DNA from: Dehalococcoidia bacterium
Lineage (GTDB): Bacteria; Chloroflexota; Dehalococcoidia; GIF9; AB-539-J10
Direction of reading: 5' to 3'
Assembly (NCBI GenBank): GCA_016930935.1
Contig: JAFGFT010000041.1
Coordinates: 6,075-70,074, forward strand
DNA: 64,000 nt
Shown here: one piece after another, positions 38,271 to 47,301 of the stretch
Position numbering within the stretch: the stretch's first letter is position 1
Layout: every line of letters begins with the position of its first letter
Position numbers and translations under genes: made by a program
The notes under the pieces: generated by a model
What the model was told of the DNA's origin: nothing
The model's database searches: none
Seen by the model: the letters and a program-made list of their open reading frames with translations, nothing else

Positions 38271-39359
38271 CTACTTGCAGTACAGTGCGTCTGACAGGCG
38301 GCGGGTCAACCTCACTTCATACTCTCCAGTCTGCCTGTTCTGGCGATGGTGAAAAATCCTTCCGCGTATCACCTGTCCGGGAGGAAGTATCCTGACATCC
38401 TCTCTGGCCTTGTGCTCCATGTCCTGAACCGAAATCGTGTGCCAGAGGTTGTCGTACAACGGCATGCTGTGCGGTGAGTACAGCACCTCATCGCTGGATG
38501 CTGCAAGGCGCACCTGGAACGTGTTCAACTGGGAGTTCACCCGGTGGGCAAAGGTACCGTCGGAAATGCAGGTGTTTCCGGGGTCACTGAGACTATGTCG
38601 AGCCCAGTCTTTGATACTGCAGGCGGGAATGTCATGCCATTCGTGGTCTGTGAGCCAGAGACTATGAGGCAGTTCCTGTGCGTAGGCAGTCAGACAGCCA
38701 AGTTTGGCTTCGACCGCGAGAGCGAACCGCATGACGCCGCCTGCCCTGTCAAAGTCAAAGAGAAAGTCCAGGGCCTCTATTCCATCAGCGTCGGCTGTAT
38801 AGGCGCCGGCATCAACCTGGTAGTACGTCATCAGGACGCCAAGAAACTCCGCCAATTCGCGGCCTGCAAACTGCGCCAGCCGCGCAAGCTCAGCGCAGGT
38901 CGATGCACCAGTCACCCTTCCTTTGAGATAGCGACCTATCGGGTCACCGGATACGATGGCGAGAGCCATCGCGATGTCCTCCGGGGGATACTCCATCGTC
39001 TCCAGCAGAAACCGCATCATTTCCACCGTGTAGACATGCTGGTTGCGCTTGTCCCCCGTTTCGTAGATTGCATGGGGTGTACCGATATCGTGAAGCGCCA
39101 GGATAAGACGGAAGAGCCCGTCGTCGATGCCAACCGGGAGGTTCTGCCAGGCGAAGTATCTGTCGTACTGTCTCAGGACCATCATCGTGTGCAGTCTCAG
39201 CGTGTAGCCTTCACGCACGCCTTTGTCCGCTCCGTATTCCCACGGAAAGATAGCAGCCATTGCCGTAACGAGGTCATCTCCTGAGAAGACCCCGTAGGGA
39301 AGGGACAGCTGTGACTTCAGCCGGTCGATGAGTTGTGTAGATAACTGCGGAAATCTCAT
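38271..39359 (-). CDS. hypothetical protein with an HD-like N-terminal domain and an unrecognised C-terminal domain
   Basis: 362 aa. H...HD pattern (LRLHTMMVLRQY ... LILALHDIGTPH). The C-terminal ~120 aa (LWLTDHEWHDIP...RGRIFHHRQNRQTGEYEVRL) were not recognised. Confidence 0.6.
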   Translation of the reverse strand: MRFPQLSTQLIDRLKSQLSLPYGVFSGDDLVTAMAAIFPWEYGADKGVREGYTLRLHTMMVLRQYDRYFAWQNLPVGIDDGLFRLILALHDIGTPHAIYETGDKRNQHVYTVEMMRFLLETMEYPPEDIAMALAIVSGDPIGRYLKGRVTGASTCAELARLAQFAGRELAEFLGVLMTYYQVDAGAYTADADGIEALDFLFDFDRAGGVMRFALAVEAKLGCLTAYAQELPHSLWLTDHEWHDIPACSIKDWARHSLSDPGNTCISDGTFAHRVNSQLNTFQVRLAASSDEVLYSPHSMPLYDNLWHTISVQDMEHKAREDVRILPPGQVIRGRIFHHRQNRQTGEYEVRLTRRLSDALYCK

Positions 39360-39675
39360 GTATGTCTTCCCCGCGCTGCTTCAAAGCCTGAAAGAGTGTA
39401 GCGCAATTCCCTGAACACGTACCTGTATGCACCATCCAAAGGCCTGCAGAGGATGAGACCTAGCGGCACTGCACGCGACACAGTAGGTACCAAGGTGGAT
39501 TTGGCGCTACGGCCATCAGACAGCTGAAGTGTACGTCGCAGAGTCAATACTGTCACGGCTCTCATTACCCGCCGCACTTTGTCGAGAGGGAGAAACAAAG
39601 AATTTATCTTGCCCACGCGGAAGACAATGCCGTAGTACCAGCGAATCCGGTACGATTACGACTGTGGAGGTGACT

Positions 39676-40383
39676 ATGGACGAGGTACTTGAACTGGCAC
39701 GCAGGGAACTGCGTGAGAACGCTGATGAGACGAAAAAGCTGAGCGGCCAGAAGTTCTTCAAGGAAAGCGTCAGACTCTACGGATTGCCGGTTCCTGCAGT
39801 GAATAGAATCGCCAGAGACCATTTCAAATTGATTCGGCAGAGATCCAAGCACGAAATCTTTGCCCTCTGCGAGGATTTATGGCAGTCCGGCTACATGGAA
39901 GAGGCGCTGATTGCATGCACATGGTCGCACTCGGTTCACAAGAGCTATCAGTCAGAGGACATGGACATCTTCGAGAACTGGCTGGACAAGTACGTCAGTA
40001 ACTGGGCTACCTGTGACACGCTGTGCAACCATTCCGTGAGTGACCTCGTTGACATGTATCCGGCGCTCGTTGATGTCCTCAAGAAGTGGGCCAGGTCAGA
40101 GAACCGATGGGTCAGGCGAGGAGCGGCGGTATCACTCATCGTTCCAGCCAAACGCGGCAGGTTTCTTGAGGACGTGTTTCTGATTGCGGATACTCTACTA
40201 TTGGATTCGGATGACCTCGTGCAAAAAGGATACGGATGGATGCTGAAAGAGGCAGCCGAGAACCACCAGCATGAAGTATTCAACTATGTAATGAGGAATA
40301 AATCGGTCATGCCTCGCACCTCCCTGCGATATGCAATCGAGAAGATGCCCGGAGAACTCAAGGCGCGGGCGATGGAAAAGTAA
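39676..40383 (+). CDS. DNA alkylation repair protein (AlkD-like HEAT repeat family)
   Basis: KFFKESVRLYGLPVPAVNRIA ... SENRWVRRGAAVSLIVPAKRG ... GYGWMLKEA. GGAGGTG lies upstream of ATG 39676. Confidence 0.75.
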   Translation: MDEVLELARRELRENADETKKLSGQKFFKESVRLYGLPVPAVNRIARDHFKLIRQRSKHEIFALCEDLWQSGYMEEALIACTWSHSVHKSYQSEDMDIFENWLDKYVSNWATCDTLCNHSVSDLVDMYPALVDVLKKWARSENRWVRRGAAVSLIVPAKRGRFLEDVFLIADTLLLDSDDLVQKGYGWMLKEAAENHQHEVFNYVMRNKSVMPRTSLRYAIEKMPGELKARAMEK

Positions 40384-40639
40384 CCTCCGAACAGGTGTCA
40401 GTCCGAAGAACATCCGTTGGCGATGTTCACTCTGGGCTATCCGGCACCATCCCCAGCGGGCGACGGTTTCGTTGCCGGAGACGTTGCTGCTCGTCAGGGT
40501 GACTGCCAGGCAGAAATGGCACGCAGTCAGGACGCTGTCGGCAGCGGCATTTTCATATCGTGCATTGGACTTCACTCGTCCGCGACCGACTACACTGGTG
40601 TACTATCCAATGCGACTATATAGAAAGGAGGTCACTACA

Positions 40640-40981
40640 ATGGAAAGTCAGCTCGCTCTCTGGGATGAGTACCTGAAATCGAGAGACGTGATTGCCAAGG
40701 CGGCACCGGGGTTGTGGGAAGTCAAGAATGCCCTCACTGAAGAGGTCTACAAAGAGGGGGCGCTGAGCACCAAGGTCAAACGACTGATGGGGCTGGTCGG
40801 AGGACTCCGTGCAGGTTGCACCACGTGCGTTATCGGGCAGACGCAGCTTGCTATTGCGGCTGGCGCCACAAACGAGGAGATTTTTGAGGCCATTGGCGTT
40901 GGAACCGCAATGAGCGGCACCCCTGGCCTCGCAGAAGCAGGCAGAGTATTCGATCTGTTGAAGGAGCTTGGCCGGCTCTAG
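40640..40981 (+). CDS. carboxymuconolactone decarboxylase (AhpD-like) family protein
   Basis: KVKRLMGLVGGLRAGCTTCVIGQTQLAIAAGATNEEIFEAIGV shows the CxxC and the family pattern. AAAGGAGG lies upstream of ATG 40640. Confidence 0.75.
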   Translation: MESQLALWDEYLKSRDVIAKAAPGLWEVKNALTEEVYKEGALSTKVKRLMGLVGGLRAGCTTCVIGQTQLAIAAGATNEEIFEAIGVGTAMSGTPGLAEAGRVFDLLKELGRL

Positions 40982-41018
40982 AGACACTGCTCTCTATCTG
41001 CTGTCAGAGTGTTGCAGG

Positions 41019-41061
41019 ACGGCTGTACGTGCGTCCGTACTTAGGTTGTACGTACAGCCGT
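41019..41061 (+). terminator. long hairpin after the CMD-family gene (possible terminator)
   Basis: ACGGCTGTACGT-(19 nt)-ACGTACAGCCGT is a perfect 12 bp stem. The tail GTAATGCTTCTCT is only moderately T-rich. Confidence 0.35.
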
Positions 41062-41209
41062 GTAATGCTTCTCTGTACGTCCGATTCTTTGGCCCACGAT
41101 TGTACCTGGCAGGTCAATGTAATTGACGCCGACCTGCGGGCATGTCACCACCTCACTGGAGACTGCTGATTCTCACTTACGGGATCTCACACTTCCGTGC
41201 GGCGCCCTC

Positions 41210-41240
41210 TTGACTCTCAAGTAGCTTGAGGGTCCACACT
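41210..41240 (+). promoter_or_regulatory. MerR-type promoter/operator with a 19 bp spacer
   Basis: TTGACT (41210-41215), a 19 nt spacer containing the dyad CTCAAG-tag-CTTGAG (41216-41230), then CACACT (41235-41240). It lies directly upstream of the MerR-family gene. Over-long spacers with a central dyad are the MerR hallmark. Confidence 0.5.
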
Positions 41241-41268
41241 GTATTCAGAATGATCATTCTGAATACAG
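41239..41268. promoter_or_regulatory. perfect 30 bp palindrome between the -10 region and the RBS of the MerR-family gene
   Basis: CTGTATTCAGAATGATCATTCTGAATACAG equals its own reverse complement (checked base by base). It ends 5 nt before the AAGGAG Shine-Dalgarno core (41273-41278) and 13 nt before ATG 41282. Confidence 0.7.
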
Positions 41269-41281
41269 GAAAAGGAGAAGA

Positions 41282-42097
41282 ATGCTCAAGATAGGCGAGT
41301 TCTCCCGTCTGAGCCAGGTTCCTGTCTCCACATTGCGGTACTACGACGAGATCGGCCTGCTCAAGCCGGTGCAGGTAGATGACTTCACGGGGTATCGATA
41401 CTACACAGCGGAGCAGTTCCCAAAGCTCAGCCGCATCACGGTGCTTAAAGACCTGGGATTGTCGCTTACGGAGATAGTGCAACTCACTTCGAACGGCACA
41501 TCGACGGCGGTGTTGCGCGACGCTCTCAATCGAAAGCAGGCCGAGAGTATGCGCGCAATCGAGATAGAAAAGGGCCGACTGCAGCGGCTCGAGGCATGGC
41601 TGGAGAACCTCGCGAGCGGAACGACGATGGAAGAATACGAGGTTACTATCAAGAAGACCGATCCCCAGCAGTTGGTGTGCTTGCGCCGCGTGATGCCCAG
41701 CTACCATTCGGAAGGTGAACTGTGGCGTGAACTGTGCACATACCTGGGTACATTGAAAGGTGTGCAGTATGCAGGACCTGCCATGAACATCTGCCACGAC
41801 AGTGAGTACCGCGAAAAGGATGTCGACATAGAGGTAGCTCTACCCGTCGCAGTCGCTGTTCCAGAGTCAGGCGACATCAAAGTACGCACACTCGATGGTG
41901 AAGAACAGGTTGCAAGCGTGCTCCACAAGGGCCCGTTCGACTCGATTATCAGGGCGTATCAATTTATCGTGGGATGGATAGAACGGAACAACTACCGAAT
42001 GGCGGGTCCGGACCGCGTCCTCTACTTGAACAACCCGGAAGAAGTCGCCCCCGACGAGATAGTGGAGGAATTGCAGATACCCATAGCAAGACCCTGA
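41282..42097 (+). CDS. MerR family transcriptional regulator with a GyrI-like effector-binding domain (BmrR-like)
   Basis: MLKIGEFSRLSQVPVSTLRYYDEIGLLKP...GYRYY is the MerR HTH. A coiled-coil linker follows, then a C-terminal GyrI-like domain of about 150 aa. Confidence 0.85.
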   Translation: MLKIGEFSRLSQVPVSTLRYYDEIGLLKPVQVDDFTGYRYYTAEQFPKLSRITVLKDLGLSLTEIVQLTSNGTSTAVLRDALNRKQAESMRAIEIEKGRLQRLEAWLENLASGTTMEEYEVTIKKTDPQQLVCLRRVMPSYHSEGELWRELCTYLGTLKGVQYAGPAMNICHDSEYREKDVDIEVALPVAVAVPESGDIKVRTLDGEEQVASVLHKGPFDSIIRAYQFIVGWIERNNYRMAGPDRVLYLNNPEEVAPDEIVEELQIPIARP

Positions 42098-42117
42098 ACA
42101 CCAGGCAGGCAAATGAG

Positions 42118-42152
42118 CCCCCTCAGGACGCAGTCGGAGCATGCTGAGGGGG
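42118..42152. terminator. GC-rich hairpin between convergent genes
   Basis: CCCCCTCAG-(17 nt)-CTGAGGGGG is a 9 bp stem that extends with one bulge to GAG/CTC. There is no clear U-tract. Confidence 0.4.
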
Positions 42153-42168
42153 TCTCAGGTCGTGTTCT

Positions 42169-43146
42169 CTACGTAACAATCCGCTGCAACTGTACTTTCC
42201 TGAGTGACGCACAATCAGGGCACCCAAGTGCCGACATGGTGCGGCGCATCTCAGCTCCGAGCAGTTCTACCAGTCGCCTCACGCCGTCGGCCTTGCCTGC
42301 GCCCCACGCAAGCAGGATAGAGTTTCCAAACCCGACTGCCACCGCACCCATGGCGAGGCCTTTCACGATGTCATTCCCGGTCCTGAATCCCGTGTCAACG
42401 TACACCTCAACCCTTGCACCGACCGCTTCGACGATGTGAGGAAGGGCGACAACAGATGGAGTGGCGCAGTCGAGCGATGCTTGTCCATGATTGCTCACTA
42501 CAATAGCTTTGGCGCCATATTCAACCGCTTTCAGCGCATCGTCAACACCAAGCACACCTTTGACTATGAACGGCAATCTGGTATGGGCTATTGCATTGCG
42601 AACCGTCTCTTCACTCTGTGGGGCGAACGTATCATCGAGGTCGACTGAGTCGCCAACGAGACGCCCATGAAAATGGTCGATATCCATCCCCACGGCGACA
42701 CACCCACGGCGCTTCGCATCTTCCAGCTTGCGAAAGATGAGATCAGTGTTGCGGTAGGGCTTCACGATCTTCACAACGGGTACCCCCGTATCCACTGCCC
42801 TCTGCAACTCATCGCTGCCGCCAATGCCAAGAGTGAGCAAAGCCCCGGCAGCCTTGAGTCCACGCGCACACTCAACGAGAGCATCCTCACCAAGTGTCTT
42901 CCACCCACCCATGGGACCACAAAACATGGGTACCTTCACAGGTATTCCAAGAATCTTCGAGCTTGTATCCGCTTCGACCGATGAGAAGAAGCGTGGCGTG
43001 AAGAACAGAGAGTCAAGATATGCCCGGTTGACGCTCAGTGGAGTACCAAGCGCCGCGTCGGGAGGAAGCGGTCTTGCGTAGCCCGCTGCTCTAAGGCCTC
43101 CCACTCCTTTCGCATACAATTGGGAAAGAGCAAGTTGTTCCGGCAT
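42169..43146 (-). CDS. FMN-dependent alpha-hydroxy acid dehydrogenase/oxidase family protein
   Basis: FIVKGVLGVDDALKAVEYGAKAIVVSNHGQASLD...VYVDTGFRTGNDIVKGLAMGAVAVGFG is the TIM-barrel FMN site pattern. GGGAGGTG lies 6 nt before ATG 43146; the track start 43170 is a TTG. Confidence 0.8.
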   Translation of the reverse strand: MPEQLALSQLYAKGVGGLRAAGYARPLPPDAALGTPLSVNRAYLDSLFFTPRFFSSVEADTSSKILGIPVKVPMFCGPMGGWKTLGEDALVECARGLKAAGALLTLGIGGSDELQRAVDTGVPVVKIVKPYRNTDLIFRKLEDAKRRGCVAVGMDIDHFHGRLVGDSVDLDDTFAPQSEETVRNAIAHTRLPFIVKGVLGVDDALKAVEYGAKAIVVSNHGQASLDCATPSVVALPHIVEAVGARVEVYVDTGFRTGNDIVKGLAMGAVAVGFGNSILLAWGAGKADGVRRLVELLGAEMRRTMSALGCPDCASLRKVQLQRIVT

Positions 43147-43327
43147 GGATGCACCTCCCTTGTGCTTCAAGCGCTACCGTTTTTCGCATTCCTTAAGCAT
43201 ACCGCGAACAGACTCTCCGTGTTGACGGGTGACCACCCGTTGTCGTGCCTTCACCAAAATGGAAACGAGAGCTGCTTCGCCCGTCAATGACGGGCTGCAG
43301 GTGTATAGGGCTGGTATCCCTCAGCAC

Positions 43328-43558
43328 TCAAGGACGGCACATCATGCATCTTGACGCCATTCCGCCAACCCTCGTTGCGGCCGTTTGCGTCGACTCCCAG
43401 CCACTGTCACGTGAATTGAAGGGTCCTTCCCACCAGTCCACGGAAACATCAGAGGTGCGTTTCAACGCCTGCCCGAATCTGCACGCACTGCACTTTGACT
43501 TGTGCAGCTGCGCCTTTTTGAGAGAGCTATTGACGTAGACCCAGTACTCAGTAGCCAT
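43328..43558 (-). CDS. small CxxC...CxxC (zinc-ribbon-like) protein, 76 aa
   Basis: MATEYWVYVNSSLKKAQLHKSKCSACRFG...WWEGPFNSRDSG...SRCMMCRP. GGAGG lies 10 nt before ATG 43558. The YWVY...H..C..C...W.GPF...C..C pattern recalls a recurrent small hypothetical family (from memory, unverified). Confidence 0.45.
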   Translation of the reverse strand: MATEYWVYVNSSLKKAQLHKSKCSACRFGQALKRTSDVSVDWWEGPFNSRDSGWESTQTAATRVGGMASRCMMCRP

Positions 43559-44033
43559 GAGACTTCTGCCTCCGGACAGCGCGAATGGCGCAGTCTCCGT
43601 ATTCAGAACCAGGCTATTGTAGACAAACGAGCAGGTGCAGGTCGATGGCCGTGCATCGAATGGACAGCCCATAGGTGCAGCCAAGTACTATTCGCGGCAC
43701 CGACGGTCAAATTGCAGAATGGAACTCCACTTCAGTCGCGGCTGGATTGTTCTCACCCTCATTACTCGGCACACGCTTCACGGCATTCATTCGAAGTCTT
43801 CCACCAACTGTGAAATGGTATTGACATTGAGAAATCTCCTCGTCTACGATGGTCGTATAGGGATGCAGTCTTGACTCCCTGTTTGGGTGGAGTAGGGCAA
43901 TCCGGCTGTTGTCTCTGGCATGGCGATACCAAGCCATGTCCACGTGTTTGCTCAGGCACGTCGTGATTGTAGGGAATCAGCTGGAGCACTCCACTTGTGA
44001 CTGCGTCCGCATTTTTCAGGGAGGAGGGAAGAC

Positions 44034-45164
44034 ATGAGAACAGGAAGTCGTTTCATGTGGGGAGTTGTACTACTCGCTCTTGGTGCGCTTGCGATTGCAG
44101 GTTGTGCACCCGCAGCAAGCCAACCAGCTCCTGGTGGCACAGGTGATGAAGGAACACCTGCAGCACCCGCCGGTGATACCTACAAGATGGACTTGCAGGC
44201 CTGGCCCGGAGGGGGTAGCTACCTTGACGAAATCAAGATGTTTGCTGCGCGTGTGGAAGACATGTCAGCCGGTCGAATCGACGTAACGGTGCATGCCGGA
44301 GGGGAACTCTGCCCAAGTACCGCCGAATTTGACGCCCTTGAGTCAGGCGCCATTGAATGGGGAGCCACCTGCTTCAATTTCAATCTGGGTCGTTTCGGCA
44401 AAGTTGCCGGACTTTTCGGGGCAATGCCTGCCGGACCGAACCCGACGGAATTGTATGCATGGTTGGAAGAGGGCGGAGAGAGAGATCTCATCAATCGATG
44501 CATGGAAATGGCTGACACCGATGTCATCGTGGTTGGCGGGATGCTCCATCTAGCAGGGGCAGAATCATTCGGTTGGTTCAAGGAACCGATTACGAGCCTC
44601 TCTGACTTCAAAGGCATGAAGTATCGATGCATGGGGCTTTACGGTGACGTCGCACAAAAACTGGGAGCAGCGGTTGTGAATTTGCCAGGTGGCGAGATTT
44701 ATCAGGCTTTCGAGCGCGGAGTCATAGATGGCTTCGAGTACTGCACTCCATCCATGGACTACGATGCAGGGTTCGGTGATCTCGACGCCGTCATGCACGA
44801 GCCTGGTCTACAGTCCACTAATGCCATGTGCAGACTGATGGTTCGCCAGAGCACCTGGGATAGCGTACCGAGTGACCTTCGTCCGATAATCGATGCGGCA
44901 TCACGAATGAGCATGATTGACTACGCATGGATTCACATGAAGGACGCGGCGGCGATGATAGCGTTCAAGGACGCCGGAGTTGAGATCGCCCAATTGCCGG
45001 AAGATGTGCAGCAGGAGATATTCAAACTTGTTCAAGATGTGCACGCAGACAACTGTGCCGCGGATCCCTTCTACAAAGAGGTGTACGACGCGCAGCAGGC
45101 CTTCCTGGACAAATACCGCATCGTCGAATACAAGGTTCAGCCATCGTACGAATGGCGCTACTAG
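44034..45164 (+). CDS. TRAP transporter substrate-binding lipoprotein (DctP-type)
   Basis: The lipobox LAIAGC is followed by a Pro/Gly/Ala linker. The mature domain is followed by the DctQ and DctM genes. GGGAGGAGGG lies upstream. Confidence 0.8.
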   Translation: MRTGSRFMWGVVLLALGALAIAGCAPAASQPAPGGTGDEGTPAAPAGDTYKMDLQAWPGGGSYLDEIKMFAARVEDMSAGRIDVTVHAGGELCPSTAEFDALESGAIEWGATCFNFNLGRFGKVAGLFGAMPAGPNPTELYAWLEEGGERDLINRCMEMADTDVIVVGGMLHLAGAESFGWFKEPITSLSDFKGMKYRCMGLYGDVAQKLGAAVVNLPGGEIYQAFERGVIDGFEYCTPSMDYDAGFGDLDAVMHEPGLQSTNAMCRLMVRQSTWDSVPSDLRPIIDAASRMSMIDYAWIHMKDAAAMIAFKDAGVEIAQLPEDVQQEIFKLVQDVHADNCAADPFYKEVYDAQQAFLDKYRIVEYKVQPSYEWRY

Positions 45165-45259
45165 GAACCAGGTAGCCCAAAAGGACCAGGTCGAGGAGTT
45201 TATGGCCACAGGCGGCCTCTTCGAGAGGTCGCCTGTAGGCTATGTTGCTGGAGTCTGAC

Positions 45260-45778
45260 ATGAAGACCCTTGATTCAATCCTGCTGCGAGTCGAGAATCT
45301 CGGAATATGGGTCGGGAAGTTGGCGAGCTGGCTGTTGCCGATTCTTATTCTGTGCATCGTCTACAACGTATTCATGCGGTATGCGCTGAATGCACCAACC
45401 ATATGGTCGTTCGATATCAGCTACATGCTCGGTGGCGCCATGTATCTGCTTGGTCTTGCCTGGGTTCACCAGAAAGACGAGAACGTGCGTGTAGATATCA
45501 TCTCCGCACGCTTTCCTCAAAGAACTCGCACAGTGATCGACCTCGCTCTCAACTTCATTCTGTTCTTTCCCTTTGTCCTGTTCGTATTTCTCACATCGCT
45601 CCGCATCACGATTCACTCGTGGAAAATCCAGGAACTCGCCTCAACAACAATCTTCTATCCACCTTTGTACCCCTTAAGGACAATCATAACCATCGGACTG
45701 TTGCTGTTATTGCTTCAGGGAGTGGTCAACGTGGCTCGCTCGCTCAGACTGCTAATCAAGGGAGCCAACAATGGTTGA
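45260..45778 (+). CDS. TRAP transporter small permease (DctQ-type)
   Basis: 4 TM. WLLPILILCIVYNVFMRYALNAPTIWSFDIS is the typical DctQ N-terminus. GGAG lies 7 nt before ATG 45260; the track start is 45242. Confidence 0.8.
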   Translation: MKTLDSILLRVENLGIWVGKLASWLLPILILCIVYNVFMRYALNAPTIWSFDISYMLGGAMYLLGLAWVHQKDENVRVDIISARFPQRTRTVIDLALNFILFFPFVLFVFLTSLRITIHSWKIQELASTTIFYPPLYPLRTIITIGLLLLLLQGVVNVARSLRLLIKGANNG

Positions 45779-47105
45779 CATGAGTCCAGAGGCCATCACA
45801 CTGCTGATGTTCGGATTGCTGTTGCTTGCTGTACTTCTTGGGTATCCGATGGCTTATGCACTCGCGGGAATTGCGATGGTCGTCAGCCTGTTGTTCTTTT
45901 CTGCGGAACAGACGTTCGCGGTTTTCTACGGACGGATCTTCGGGATAGTCACTAACTACGTCCTTCTGGCCGCGCCGCTCTTCATCTTCATGGGATTGAT
46001 GCTTGAAAAGACCGGCATATCCGACAGACTGTTTGATGCCATCTATCTGTGGACAGGCGGACTCCGAGGAGGGCTGGCAATAGCGACGGTACTGATAGGT
46101 GCCCTACTGGCTGCCTGTGTGGGAATAATAGGAGCTTCTGTCATCATGCTCGGTCTCATCGCCCTGCCCTCAATGTTGAGCCACGGCTACAACAAGGAAC
46201 TGGCATGCGGTGCTGTGTGCGCTGGTGGCACCCTCGGTATCCTCATACCGCCGAGCGTCATGTTGGTCGTATATGGACCGACAGCCAGCATAGGCGTGGG
46301 GAAGCTCTTCATGGCTGCTTTCATGCCTGGTTTCATGCTCGCAGGACTCTATATCGTCTATATTGGCATCGCGAGCTTCATCAAACCAGACCTCGCGCCC
46401 GCAGTGTCCGTTGAGGAACGGGCGGTCCCCTTCGCCCAGAAGTTCACTGCGCTCGTCGTCTCGATGGGTCCCCCTCTGTTTCTTATCCTGGCAGTACTCG
46501 GCACCATCTTCTTCGGCATTGCGCCACCGACGGAAGCAGCCGCAATTGGGGCAGTTGCCGCTGTGCTTCTCGCCGTGGCATACGGGCGCTTCAGCTTCCA
46601 GGCATTCAAGGACGTTACCTACCATTCGCTGAGGATAACCTGCATGGTCATGATAATCGCCATGTGCGCCGCCATGTTTACCAGTACGTTCCTTGGATTG
46701 GGCTGCGGCGACGTGATAATGAACGCGATAGTCGGAATTCCTCTTGGACGGTGGGCAAGCTTCGGCCTGGTAATGTTTATCGTCTTCATCCTCGGGATGT
46801 TCATCGACTGGATAGGAATCATCTTCATAATGGTTCCTATCGTGACCCCTATTGGGGTGGCGCTTGGGTTCGACACGTTGTGGTTCGCGATGATGATAAT
46901 TGTGAACCTGCAGATGTCATTTCTGACGCCTCCCTTCGCTTACGCGCTCTTCTACCTTCGAGGTATCTGCAAGCCAGAGTGGGGAGTAGACACTGGCCAC
47001 ATCGTCAGAGGCGTGATTCCGTTCGTCCTTCTGATAGTCCTTGGACTGTTTCTTTGCATCACCTTCCCACAGATCATTCTGTGGCTTCCTGAACAGATGC
47101 TTTGA
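45771..47105 (+). CDS. TRAP transporter large permease (DctM-type)
   Basis: 444 aa polytopic protein. It overlaps the DctQ stop by 8 nt. AAGGGAG lies 6 nt upstream. Confidence 0.9.
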   Translation: MVDMSPEAITLLMFGLLLLAVLLGYPMAYALAGIAMVVSLLFFSAEQTFAVFYGRIFGIVTNYVLLAAPLFIFMGLMLEKTGISDRLFDAIYLWTGGLRGGLAIATVLIGALLAACVGIIGASVIMLGLIALPSMLSHGYNKELACGAVCAGGTLGILIPPSVMLVVYGPTASIGVGKLFMAAFMPGFMLAGLYIVYIGIASFIKPDLAPAVSVEERAVPFAQKFTALVVSMGPPLFLILAVLGTIFFGIAPPTEAAAIGAVAAVLLAVAYGRFSFQAFKDVTYHSLRITCMVMIIAMCAAMFTSTFLGLGCGDVIMNAIVGIPLGRWASFGLVMFIVFILGMFIDWIGIIFIMVPIVTPIGVALGFDTLWFAMMIIVNLQMSFLTPPFAYALFYLRGICKPEWGVDTGHIVRGVIPFVLLIVLGLFLCITFPQIILWLPEQML

Positions 47106-47154
47106 CACTCTGCCCATACAGACAGTCGTCCACAACAGTGCTAGATAGCCCTGG

Positions 47155-47301
47155 TCAGAAACAGGACGAGTTCTCGCCATACTGCGGGTAGCCGTTTTCA
47201 CCGTATGAGGTCGGTTTCAGCAGACCAATTTTGTCGTAGTAGTGGAGCGTCCTCACGCTCAGCCCAGCAATGTAGGCCAGTCTTTTCCCCGTGTAGATCA
47301 T
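47155..47301 (-). pseudogene. MerR-family HTH relic (48 codons, no Shine-Dalgarno)
   Basis: [48 protein letters not shown] has the MerR N-terminal HTH signature (S.RTL.YYD.IGLLKP) but stops before the dimerisation helix. No RBS lies upstream. Confidence 0.5.

Noticed and set aside
43707-43989. Two overlapping minus-strand ORFs (78 and 75 aa) lie upstream of the small CxxC protein.
   Set aside because: Their GTG/ATG starts lack a Shine-Dalgarno, they overlap each other in different frames, and no family signature is present.
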